From positions 248,001-312,000 of the forward strand of contig OZ176059.1 of assembly GCA_964247055.1 (NCBI GenBank): a stretch of DNA of 64,000 bases, given 5' to 3'. This document shows positions 42,483 to 54,150 of the stretch, piece by piece. A program made the translations under genes and the position numbers. Numbering within the stretch: position 1 is the first letter of the stretch; every line of letters begins with the position of its first letter. Below the pieces are notes generated by a model. That model was given only the letters and a program-made list of their open reading frames with translations, was not told the DNA's origin and ran no database searches. This DNA is from Paragordius varius. Taxonomy: Eukaryota; Animalia; Nematomorpha.

Positions 42483-45400
42483 AGTGTTACAATAGTTTGA
42501 ATTACGAATAAAATCTACCCATATAAACTGGTGACTTAATAAAAAGAATTAAATAATTATTCAGATATATAAGGTATGTCAAAATGATCCAAAAAACCGT
42601 ATTGAAATTATGCATAATAAAAAATAATTTAAAACAAGAGATTCAACATGCAGTTCTCCCAGATATTATGTGCGGCCCGCAAAAAATTTAAAAAACTACC
42701 AAATAATTAAGAAATTTCATAATTTGCAAAAATATGCTAACATAATATTAAATTGATCTTGACAAATTTTTTTTAACAAGTGTCATTTCAATTGGCAACT
42801 AACTAGCAAAAATTGGTGAAATTAATAGTACTTTTAAAGTGTTTGCGTTTTTAAATCTTATGCTTGGGTTTAAATAAAATACTTATTGATGACCAATATT
42901 TTATAAATGAGGCCAGAAAAGCCGTTGTCGGACACCCCTTGTTAAAAGTTACATTTTTCTGTTATCCATTAAAAAAGCACAAGACTTAGAGATTAAAGTA
43001 TTTTATATCAATCTTAATTGTCAAATAAAACAAGGCATACTCTGACTCATTTGAGAATGTGTTTCATCATTTATTATTATGCGACTTTGATTCAAATCAT
43101 CCATATTATCCAGGCTATTTTGACTTATGATTGTTTCGGTTGTATTAACATTGTCATTAAGGATGATAGATGATGATAAAGGATAATCATTCGAATTTTG
43201 GAGTTGAGATTCGTATTCATTTTCAATGTTGGAAGGGATAAGGGGCAGTTGTGTGCTCAATGTTGTCGTACTCTCTATCGTAGGTACAGTAGCCATTTGA
43301 ATATTTTCATGCTCTGTAGGGGGCGGGAAAAATGAAATTATTTTAGAAAGGCTTTGGTTAAAAAATTCGTCGTAGTGTAATAAAAAGGGTATTGTTATTG
43401 ATAATTAAGTTATTACGATCTTAAAAACATTGATCATCTTCTGTGACAAAAAAGGTGCTAAAAAATTGGTCATATTCAGAATTTGATAATAAAAAGGTTA
43501 TAGTTATTGATAATTAAGTTATTAAGATCTTAAAAAACAGTGATCATCTTCTGTGACAAAAAAACATTTATAAAGTGCTAAAAATTGGTCATATTCAAAA
43601 TATTTATCCTTCGGGGTTTATTGAGGGAATTTTTTACGTAACATTTCACACCCCTTGTGTGCAAATAATGATATTCTAGCCAAAACCACGAAGAGGTGGC
43701 AATAGAACTTTGTTGGCCCTTAAAAGGGGCAAAAAATATTTTGTTCTATTCTGAAAGAAAAAAGTAAATACAAGTTGATCATATTATGTACGAATGAAAA
43801 ATTGTTATTTTATGATAATTAAGGGGTGGGGTATAAAATTTACGCTTCTCTATTAAACAGGAATGCCTTATTAACAAAAAAAATAAAAATTAAAAGCCAT
43901 ACATATATATATATATATATCTTTAAAACATACGTTTGTCATCATTATTTGTTGTACCAAGCTGAGCCATGTGGATATCCATATCGTCTCTCTCATTCAT
44001 AATGTCATCATCTAACATTTCATTATCTTCATCCGTGTATTCTTCGACCAGATTTGTCCCAAATACACGTACCAACGTAAGGGGGCAGTAATGTTCCGTC
44101 CCATAATGGCTCAGTAATTCAAACTTATTTTAAATTTTTTTTTGAAAGTATAAGAAGAAAATAATGCAAGTTTTAATTTGTTGTTAATAATCATTATATA
44201 TAAAAATGATTAGGATAAAATTATATATTAGCCAATTCAATTGATTGTGTAAGTGACAAACCTATTTACCAAATTAATGTAAAAAATTAATTTTTTAGTA
44301 ATTTGCATTTCAAAACAAATAAAAATTTTGATGGATATAAAAAACTATTATATTTAAAACAAATTTTAATTCGTCTATATTTACCGTTAAATATCGTGAA
44401 AATAGTGGTGAATTAACGAAAAAACTTTGAATTTTTCGTTCAGGTTGAGCTTCGAACGTAAACTGCCAATCCCGTGATGAAGGACTAATGACAAATAAAT
44501 TCGTTAAAGTAATTTATAAAGGTTTATTGGGTTCAATATTACTGAAAGCATAAAATCTAAAAAACTTTCTTTAAAATTGATAATTGTTTTAAAATAAAAA
44601 CTAGGAAGTGCTAATTAAAACCTATATGATTATTCTTAATCATTAAAAATTTTCCTAATAAAACTAAAAAGATTGAGCAAAAAAATTTGTTATAAAAAAT
44701 TATTTGAGATTGTTTCACCATTTTTAACGGGGAAAAAGGTTCTTTTCTTATAATTATTATAAATCAGGGGTGTCCAACACACGCGGCTGCTTTGATAAAT
44801 TTTGATTTTTTAATTTTTTTGGCCAATTTTGAATAATATATGTCCTAAATATTCGTAAATCTTTAATAAAAATCCAATTTTTTTATTTTTTCAACCATCT
44901 TTTAAGACATTTTGGCTACGAAAAAAAAGCGTGTTGGACAATATTTTGGAAAAAAAACTAAGCTATGGTAACTTTGAAGTGCTCGAGAGCGGCGTGGGAG
45001 ATGGATAACGATCGCTTACAGTTATTCTAAATTCCCGAGGCAACGATGAAAAAAGTTCCAAATTGGCTATTTCTATACGCTTCACTTGGATCGGTTCACA
45101 GAGTTCAATGGTAAACCTAAATATATTTAGAAATAGTGTAAAGCATAACAATAATTTACTATGATTAAAATGCCTACAAAACAAGAAAGGAATTAATAAT
45201 AAACAATATAAATTTTGAATCTACATAGGCTATCCATCCGTAAAAAAATCTCGCTAATATCGATTAGTGTATGTAAATGGTGATATTAACACCAAAACAA
45301 CTTCTCTAACGATTTAAGAACAGCAGTAATTAAATATTTAAATTTTTTGTGTCTCAGTCTGCGTAATATTTATTGCTTAAAAATAAGAATTATCTAGCAA

Positions 45401-46300
45401 ACACTGGAGTGTTAAAGTATAATTAATAAATACCATCTCAATCAACCGCATAAAATTGGTTATGTAGATGACTTCATAAGTGATAAAGTGAAAACGCACA
45501 AGTCTTGTTTTTTTTAAGATAAATGTATTGCATCAAATATATAATTTGCCACATATAAAACCTAAACATCATCTGAGGAATGAAAATGCACTAAAAGCTA
45601 ATACTTATTTTCTACTAATCAAATCAGAAGTGTTATGTTAAAAATTGACCCAAATTAACAATAAAAAAGAGCATTAGGCATGGGAAAGAATAGAACCATA
45701 GAATTAAAACTCAACTAAAAAAGGCCAATAACGCCAATCATTAAATTATCAGTAATTGTAAGCAAAAAGTATACCATGTATGGACGGAACAGGGATTCAA
45801 CATGTAATCATCGAGACCACGTTGCAGGACACCCACTGGATTCAATGCTTCCGGGTTATGGAATAAAATTTTTGCTCCACAATCAACTGATGCATAATTG
45901 GTGGTTAGGGAGGGCCGTGAATGTGAATGCGATGGTATAATTGTTTCAATATTTTTTCCCAACTTAGATTGTTCCTCTGGGGTTAGGGCATTAACAATTG
46001 TACTACTGTCATCAATCAAATTTGCCAAGTTTCCAGTAATATTTGATGTTAATATCTCATTTGCCGTATTGTTGTTATTGTTTTGAGTTGTAAATGTGGT
46101 AAAATTTAGGATATTTGAATCAAATTTTTGGTTGAGATCATAAGCAGACGAATGATTTAAATCATCATTGACATTATGCAAATTATTATTATTATTCGTC
46201 TGCTTCATTGATAAGTCAACATTTGTCGCTTCAAGAAAAGCTGTAGCCGTTTCAGATGCATTAGCCAAGTTGGATTCCAAATATTCCTTAAGTTAAATTA

Positions 46301-46339
<39 letters not shown>

Positions 46340-47332
46340 GCAAGATGAAAAATGAAAAAAAAATGAAAACATATTGTAATATAATTTCGATTGCTGACTA
46401 CAGTAAAACCACTTTAATTTAATAAAAGCCCCAGTATTAAAGTAAAATTCTAATAATATTAAAGTGCAAATATTAATGACCTGCCCGTGGTTAGAGGTTT
46501 TAAGCATAATATTATTCACATGCGTTAAATTTGGACGCGTTCTGTTATCATCGACCAATGTGTCTAAAAATGAAAAACATATAGGTTATAAATAAAATTA
46601 AGTAATTGTCTTTGTTAATATAAAAAAATTATATCGTTTTTCTTAATTCGTATGCAACCACATATATTAAACTAAAAATCAATTTTAAAATTTCGTAAAA
46701 TAAACTTTTCTCAATTGGTAAAATCGTTTCATTCCCAATATCGGTTTGTGGCACCAATCGTTCACCCGTAAGTAGGGTCGATTTTATATTTTTAGCAGAA
46801 ACATTATCCTGATAAACATTCACTTCAATACTATTATTTAGCGCGTGGCCAAGAACAGATGCCCTATTATTATCCATTACTAGTGATAAGTTAGCCTGCG
46901 GTTGATTGTCATTAGATTCATTAGTTAAATTAGGCAATACATTTATAGTCGCCAATGTAATGGTATTATTTGCTAGTATTACATTGCTATCCTCTGCCGT
47001 TAAATTATTTTGATAATTTGCTGGATTATCTTTATTAGTGTTAAAATTATTGGCTTTATTGCGCTGTTTTTGCTGTTTTACTTCAAGGACCCGGGCTCGC
47101 CATTCATTAAATGGTGGTAGGGTGGGCAATGTATAATAAGCCTTATGATCGCCTTTAATATCATTTGTCACATTATTTGAATTAGGTATTTCCGTTTTTT
47201 CCATATAGTTGTCCTCAACTATGATATTTGGACTAACTTTATTGGCATCTCCTAGTGGTAAATTAGTTGTATTATCATCGTTCCAATTGACATGGCTTTG
47301 AGCATGTGATTCGGCATAAGTTTTATTAACGG
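35098..47332 (-). CDS. SUCO: SUCO/SLP1-like mid-SUN-domain ER membrane protein (5' exon(s) unresolved, 47.4-47.95 kb)
   Basis: Phase-consistent exons: 47332-46706, 46563-46481, 46286-45775, 45116-44973, 44484-44385, 44123-43934, 43313-43041, 42409-41666, 40942-40835, 39801-39439, 38847-38594, 37657-37355, and probably 36393-35098. SUN domain: [18 protein letters not shown]...[13 protein letters not shown]|[38 protein letters not shown]...[29 protein letters not shown]. Conserved coiled coil: HK|[32 protein letters not shown]. The 3' exon structure is less certain. Confidence 0.88.
37006..37257. mobile_element. MITE family A copy
   Basis: cagacaaaacataaaactataaagacaaa ... gttcgtataattccattttttactgta. 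Confidence 0.8.
38942..39082. mobile_element. Small MITE with imperfect ~35-bp TIR
   Basis: acagaagcgtatggcgcaaaacaatgttagtccataaag ... cttttggactaacatcgtatgccatacgcaactgt. Confidence 0.6.
43382..43600. repeat. Tandem duplication of ~110 bp in a SUCO intron
   Basis: aaaaagg.ta..gttattgataattaagttatta.gatcttaaaaaca.tgatcatcttctgtgacaaaaaa...gtgctaaaaattggtcatattca occurs twice. Confidence 0.85.
43934..46286 (-). CDS. SUCO: SUN (Sad1/UNC-like) domain exons of the SUCO-like gene
   Basis: Exons 46286-45775, 45116-44973, 44484-44385 and 44123-43934 splice into a continuous SUCO-type SUN domain (NYASxxCGAKI...ELCEPIQVK...[19 protein letters not shown]). Confidence 0.93.
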
Positions 47333-47339
47333 CTAAAAT

Positions 47340-47371
<32 letters not shown>

Positions 47372-48064
47372 TCTGTAATGAATAAATTTAAAATTTTTGC
47401 AATTCTAACAGTTAAATTTTTGAAATGTCAAAGATATTTCTATAGTTAGTTAATTTAGTTTTATCATGGAAAAAATGGGGTCTTTGGTGTCATATAATTA
47501 GAATATTTTAATATACCGTCCGATTTTTTGGCATATAAATCACTATAATTTATGATTATGTGATCAGGGCTTCTCTGCATGCTATCTTGATGGCATGTTT
47601 TAGCAATTTTAATTACTGGCCGTAAGTAACATTTGTTTTGAGGTTTATTATTTACACGATAAAACCCATAACACTATAAAATGTTGTTAATCAATTTTGT
47701 TTTACCTTTTTATGATACACGTGAGCGGCAAAAACAAAGCCAACGATAAAAACAAGCGTGATGGTAATTAACCTATATAATTATGTTTAATCAAATGTAT
47801 ATACTTTAAAAAGAATTGGAAAAAGGATATTTTAGAATTTCCGAACAATCGCATAAAGAAATATAACTTCGATTCCTTTCCAAATAAAATATATGAACAA
47901 GTAAAATCATTTTCTAAATTGGGAGTTTTTAGCATCACATTTTTGCAAGTCAGATGTAACTCGCCTGGTATTAAAAACTAAGAGTAAAGGTGCGGTTGCC
48001 AAAAAATGTAAAAAAAAACATTAATATTTTTAATTTTTAATCAGTGTATATAAATTTATACATC

Positions 48065-48095
<31 letters not shown>

Positions 48096-49351
48096 TATCT
48101 ATAGAGTTATTTAATAATTTTAATTAACAATATAGAAAAATATTGTCTCTAGATATTCATAAAATTTATAATAACTTAAATAAACAGATTCATTTCAGTC
48201 TATCGATTTAAATTGGGTGGTTAATTATCCAGCCTTGTTTTTAAACCAATATTTTCAAAAATATGGAATTAATTTTGCAAAAGTTTGCAATATGTAACAA
48301 TGATAATAAAGATCTATTAAAAAAAATACTTTATCTGAAACTCTTTCTGTTAATAAAAACATTTCAAAAGCTTTGGAGTAGTTTTATGATTTAAAATATA
48401 AAATTAAGATATTTTTTTTAAAAATGATAAAAAAATTTAAGCCTCAACTAGGAAATATGCTTTTTTAGGCGGGAATAATTTTTTACAAAATGTTAAGTTG
48501 TTAATAATCTTCAATGCTTTATTGCCGATATTTTTTCTTTAAATTTTATATTTAGCTAATACACTAGGTAAATGTATATTATGATTAGAGAATGTAAATA
48601 ATTAACTATAGAAAGCTTCAGGTTGTATTTGACCAGCAAAAACTTGTTTTATTCTCTTCTGTTTAGTTTTAAAATGCCAATTTTTGGTTTTGGAAGAAGT
48701 CAGATAACTGTAAAAAATACTTATTTAATACCGAACAATTTTTGATCATTGATTTAAACTAATATAACTTTCAATATGGTTTATTTACAAGATTGAATTT
48801 GCGGATAAACAACAAAATGACGTTTTAAAGGATGTGATTTTAGAAAATTAACTTTAAAATTAGGGTTAAAATTAAAAAGCACGATATTTGCAAAAAGTGT
48901 TTAAACTTAAAATGATCCAACTAGCTTGTTATGGAATCTTTTTAAACTAATTTTGATTATATATTATGGTTTAGTTTATTGATTCTTATTAGTGTAAAAG
49001 CATATATAAAATTGTAACCGTATCTTTTATACCTTTCTTACATCCATTTAAATAGTTTATGGGGTCTAGTTACCCCAATTTGAGCCGAAGTGGAAATGTA
49101 TCAACCAAGGTTTTGTTCTCAAGGTTTATCGAGTCATAATTATATATTAGATTTTTACATTTCTTACTCAGAGTCACTAAAAATTTAAATATTTTTAATA
49201 TTTATTGGGACCAAGAATTTTTATTTAAGAATACTGCTTTTTTGGGTGAATCTTCGAAAACACAATTTATATTCAGCATAAATTGGAAAAGAAAGAATGT
49301 TATTATCGGTAGAGGTAATTCTAATATGCATTATCGAATTATATAGTAAAC

Positions 49352-50067
49352 TATACCATTTGCACTTCAAGAGAGTCCTTGAACACTTCAAGTTGGTCCT
49401 TGAACAGTTCAAGTTGTGAACAATTCAAGTTGGTCTTTAAACAGTTCAAGTTGGTCCTTGAACACTTCAAGTTGGTCCTTTGACTTTTTTGTTTTGTTTT
49501 TAACTTTTATCAATCAAATCGTAAATAATTTAACTATTTTATTATTTTTAACCTATTTTCTATTATTTAACATTAATTTTAAATACATATCATTTAATCT
49601 TTGAAAAACCGTATATCTTTATTAATTTCTTAAAATAATTTTGGATATTTATAAGATTTTAACCCGAAATGAAAAAATATATAGGTTTCCTGGGTTATTA
49701 AATAAAATTTTACATCAAAAACATTTAAAAGTCAATAATTTTGTTTAATTAAAAAAATAGTTTGACACAAAAAAGTTGTTTTTGTATAAAAAATTTTATT
49801 TTTAAATGAATAAATATATAATAAATAAAGAAAATTAGGTTAATAAATAATAAAATAAAAAAATAAATGCAAAAATTATGGTTAAATCAAAATTATAAAT
49901 TTTAAGGACCAACTTGAAGTGTTCAAGGACCAACTTGAAATGTTCAAGGACCATGAACTGTTCAAGGACCAACTTATATTCAAGGTTCAACTTGAATTGT
50001 TCAAGGACCAACTTAAATTGTTCAAGGACCAACTTGAAGTGTTCACTCTTGAAGTGCAAATGGTATA
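49352..50067. mobile_element. Foldback-type non-autonomous DNA transposon (family B), best copy
   Basis: Terminal inverted repeat TATACCATTTGCACTTCAAGAG ... CTCTTGAAGTGCAAATGGTATA, with inverted arrays of a 21-bp unit CA(C/G)TTCAAGTTGGTCCTTGAA at each end and an AT-rich core. Confidence 0.85.
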
Positions 50068-51065
50068 TTTGTACAATATTTTAAACCTCTTTATACCGAT
50101 TCTTTCATGCCTCAAAGCATAAAATTAGTTTAAAATTTTTAGTTATTTTTAGCAAAATTTTGGAATAGATGTTTTTAAATATCAAATTCACCTTTATACT
50201 TTCATTGCAAAATCTCCTTTTTACTATCTCAAGGAATTAGCCAAATCAAATAGATTTCACCATTATAGAAGGACGAATCTGGAGCCAACGTGTAAAAATA
50301 ATATTTTCTAAAAATATTGTTTTGCTTATATAAAAGACTCATAGGGCTGATAAAGCAGTCTTGTTTCAACCATATAGCATTTTTCATTAATTTATTTTGC
50401 AATGGCATCCCCGATTATGTATCATATAAAACAAACTATATGGTTGTAGGGAGAAGTGTAAAGCATATAGCTTTAACCGAAAAATTTTTTATATAGCAAT
50501 ATGTCGCATATTTTCCCATTTTTTGATATAACCTAGAAAGAGTAAATATTTCTAAAATCACTCATAAAACCCAAAACCAAAGGATCCTAAGAGCTTTGAT
50601 AGATATTTACCAAATTGAAAAATACCGAGAAAAACATTTGACCGTCATAATTTTTTCATTTCATTTGTATAAGCCAAAGATCATCTAAAGCTTCTAACTG
50701 ACCCAATTTCTTGGATATACTATTATCAAAACTGGTAACGCTTTATGCAAAAAACAGTTAAAAATTATTTATTATCATTTCGAAAAGGATCATTTGTTAA
50801 TTATTCTACATTTTAACTCCAATTTTTTCCAATCTAAACATTAATTCCCATATACATAAAAACAAAATCACTAAGAATGAATTTATTATTGAACTAAATT
50901 ACAAAAATGCTTTATCTAAACACTATCAATATATAAATACAATTAGCGATTATATATAAATGCGTCTGCAACACCTAAGAAAAAGGTTGAAAAACACAAT
51001 ATGAAACAAATGTTAAATATACATTTATAAAAAGAAAGTTATTGCATTTTTTCTGTTGATGGATT

Positions 51066-52346
51066 CTAACAATATCGAGGTTTGTGATGATATTCCCCAT
51101 ATTCCCCTCCAGGATATTTTGGTTTTTCAACTCCAATCACGGGGACATGAATTTCGTTGTGGAGATCTCCGTTGTCAGAATAAGGACTAAAATTATTTAA
51201 ATTTTAATATTTTATCCACAAAATGAAATTATGATGTATTGTAAATATGATATAAATATGTCACGTACTCATAGTATTGCTTAAATTCAAATTCACCAGT
51301 TGTTTTTTGACCATTGAGGCGCAAAACTTTCAAAAGTGTTTCAGCCTTTGATACTATGATGGAAGAGAAGGCTTCACCCCCGAACATATTGACATATACC
51401 AGAGGCCCTTCTATATAACTAATTTTGACCTAATACATGGATCGAATTTTAATGAAAATAAAATTTGTGACAAAAATATGAAAGAATTACTTTAGGCGAA
51501 AGGGGTTGCGGTGGATAAGTGTCATATGGAGGTCCTATAGGTAGACTCACACCGGGTACAGGTCCGCCTTTGATTAAATTGTAAAGGAAATCTTCATCAC
51601 TTGTGGATTGTAGTAGGGGCCCATTTACACCCACTGGGAAGGTCAGAGGTAACTTGATATCTAAAATATAATTGATAATGTAATTACATGTGTTACGGGT
51701 TTTTGTTTTATATAAAATATAAATTAATATCTTACATTCCTTGTTATCTCCCTTAAAGTAGGCGTAAATCGTGTCATAACCCGCTCCAAGCCCTTGACTT
51801 TTATAATCTTGTGCATCAATTATTGCTGAAACCAAGGTAATATTGACATACTGACGAACTTCATAAAATTCATTTTTGCAGACAACTTTGAAGGGTGGAC
51901 ACCAGCGTTGACCACAAAATGATGGAATATGTCTATTAGAAAATATACATTAAATTTAATATAAATAACTTTGTTAGCGATACCAAAGTTACATACCCTG
52001 GTAACCAATCATATATGGATACATCATTAAAGTTGTCAAACAAATCCTTGTACAAGGCTCCAATAAATGGTACTCTACGCACTTCATATTGATCAAAGAA
52101 ACGAAGGGAGGGGGCCACGTACCTGGGCTCACCCGGTGGAGTTGGAGGTGGGTTATATGGGGTCGCACGGACTCGTCGCGTGCTAAGTGGCTGAATGGCT
52201 TGCGTTGTTCTCCTAGTTTTAACCTTGTAACGAGGAGGTGAGTCTTCATCTTGACGCTTTTCTCGTGTAGCTTGTTCCGATATTTGAGCCATATACAACA
52301 GAGAACACAATAGTGTTAACGGAATAATGAAAGAAAAGTGTGCCAT
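51066..52346 (-). CDS. Secreted SOUL/HEBP-family heme-binding protein, copy A (5 exons, 332 aa, intact)
   Basis: Exons 52346-51997, 51932-51736, 51660-51491, 51429-51269, 51186-51066 total 999 nt with GT-AG introns of 64, 75, 61 and 82 nt. Signal peptide MAHFSFIIPLTLLCSLLYMAQISEQA. SOUL motifs in order: PSFCGQRWCPPFKVVCKNEFYEVRQY, GYDTIYAYFKGDNKEYIKLPLTFPV, SLPIGPPYDTYPPQPLSPKVKI, VYVNMFGG, YYDPYSDNGDLHNEIHV. These parallel HEBP2 YEIRHY...GFTKLNSYIQGKN...KIKMTAPV...PPRP...VFVRSFDG...YNSP...NEVWL. Confidence 0.85.
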
Positions 52347-52619
52347 TATAGTGAAAAACTATTCCTAAGTTTTATATACAATGAAATGAAATGATAGAAA
52401 TAATTTTAATCCGCTAGTAGCATGGCTTTTATACTTTTGACCGAGCTTAGAGCTTAATTTATTCAAATAAGGAAGCAATATAGTTTAAAGAGACTCAATT
52501 ATTTCTCACAACACCAACATTAAGGAAAAAATATCCAGACCACAATAATCAAACCTTAATTGTTTTTGAAGTTTTACATATGATACAAAATATATATAGA
52601 TAGTATTTCAATATATATA

Positions 52620-54010
52620 TTTATTTTCTACAACAACAATTTGTCCAGTATAAGCACCAATAAATAAAATGTGTTTGGTTTCATGATCATACAAAATGTA
52701 CATAAAAGGCGTAGCCGTGAATTCATAAGTGTTCCCTGATGTATCCGATTCTCCAATAGGTGTCGCAGCAGACGCCACAGTCCCATTTTCTTTCACTGAA
52801 AGGCTTTATTAACTAAACTTGAATCATATAAATTCTTTTTGGAATCCTTCGTAATTCCTGAAAAATCGCCACCCTAAATTATTTTATAACAGTGTCAAAA
52901 AATAAAACATATATTTGGTGGTATATTTTTTTCAAAATAAAATTAACCAAACGATACTTTTTAGTCAATGAATACCAATGATTTTATAAATGATAGTGAG
53001 TTTTAATCTAAGTGGTATTAAATTTTAAAGTTCTGTTCTCGTTTAAAACTATTATATCTTTGCCTAAAAATCTTGCGTACGCCCAAATTTTCTAGGGACT
53101 TAATCAAATTAAGATCAGATAGTGTCTGGAAAACTGGCAAAACAACATGAACATCAACAGCATTGACACTCTCTATGTACCGTTGTATCCTATCAACCGT
53201 TAAAGCCTTAATCAAAGTAGATATGGTTTTAGCGGGTGGCTAAATGACATACAAGGCAAATCTCGCAGAGAATAAGGCAATTTCAAAACTTTAAGGTTTT
53301 CATCCGTGTCCTCCATCGGTTCTTCAAAGTAGAGGAGCGTTTTTTCACCACGCATACATTTTAATAAAAGGACTTTCCCGTCATCGCGGCGAAAACTTTG
53401 CTTGGCAGATAGCTTACAATCAAATGATTGTCTCCAATGATCTTCTAAATTAATCGTACTAGTCAAACATTGGCGTATTCTTCGTAATGAATCCCGGAAC
53501 CAATTAATTCCTAATCAAGCCTTTGGTAGTACGGGCCACATCCTCATTATGGTATTTCGTGCACTAACTGGCGCAGCATGAAAATCAAGTGACTTAGCTT
53601 CACTCATATAATATAAGCTAACATTTTTAAGGTAAAATATGATGTCAGAGTAGAGGCCGGATGATATGGTAATATTACTTGAAGCTTGCAAGCTTTGCAA
53701 CATGGTTAGGAATGAACGTTGCAAAGCCAGTTGGTTATTCCCATGTTCATGATTCCTAGAAAGGCTCGGTACCAAATTGTATTGGAGTCCGTTAAATAGT
53801 TCATCAAATGTTTTACCACGCAATCCCGTCATCACCGCACTCAAACAATGGCCAATGTTAGTTGGGGAAAAAACTAGTGAAACATCCTTATACATATCCT
53901 GCAAAAGTTTGATGAAAAAGGCATGATTAGCAGACTCAAATCAATATATTTCGTGACCGTTTTACAAATGACAGGGTAAAAAAGCATAAACATTTGAAAA
54001 TAATCATATC
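52620..54010 (-). pseudogene. Serpin copy A with multiple frameshifts (pseudogene or assembly-error copy)
   Basis: Colinear with the intact serpin at 61711-63047. Lesions: a ~30-nt out-of-frame deletion in the signal peptide leading to an early TGA; 1-nt deletions near 53935, 53550 and 53270; a 4-nt deletion before the hinge (~52795); loss of the His codon in the HPF motif. The ORF track shows it split into 4 fragments (QDMYKDVSLVFSPTNIGHCLS, EDHWRQSF, PVFQTLSDLNL, ENGTVASAAT...PFMYILYDHETKHILFIG). Confidence 0.8.
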
Positions 54011-54084
54011 AACAATCAAAAAATAGTGTTGTATAAAAAATTTTAACCTTTAGCTCATTTAAACCCTTATTTTTTTATTACATT

Positions 54085-54150
54085 ATAAACTGAATTATGC
54101 AAATAACAATGGCTCGCTTACAATAAAACATGCATTAAAGAGCTATTTTA
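54085..54150 (-). promoter_or_regulatory. Conserved upstream block of serpin A with octamer motif (ATTTGCAT on minus strand, 54097-54104)
   Basis: The block gctct..aatg.atgttttattgtaagcgag...ttatttgcataa..agtttataatg is conserved with 61575-61635 while flanks diverge. Confidence 0.45.

Noticed and set aside
47700-47945. Hydrophobic segment LITITLVFIVGFVFAAHVYHKK as the SUCO signal exon
   Set aside because: Plausible, but I could not link it in phase to exon 47332 without a stop, so it is left out of the model.
49352-50067. CRISPR-like array of palindromic 21-bp repeats (also 32.5-33.1 kb and 3.2-3.8 kb)
   Set aside because: Units are directly tandem with no unique spacers, occur in inverted arrays at TE ends, and there are no cas genes in this eukaryotic context.
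49416-50122. ORFs with heptad repeats (49416-49604, 49835-50059, 49919-50122; also 32465-32671)
   Set aside because: Translation artefacts of the 21-bp repeat of the foldback element.
51820-52249. Alternative-frame ORFs 51989-52249, 51820-52008 and their duplicates 63431-63691, 63672-63860 and 62851-63066
   Set aside because: Off-frame overlaps of the SOUL and serpin exons. Exon 2 substitutions are all synonymous in the SOUL frame, which identifies the true frame.
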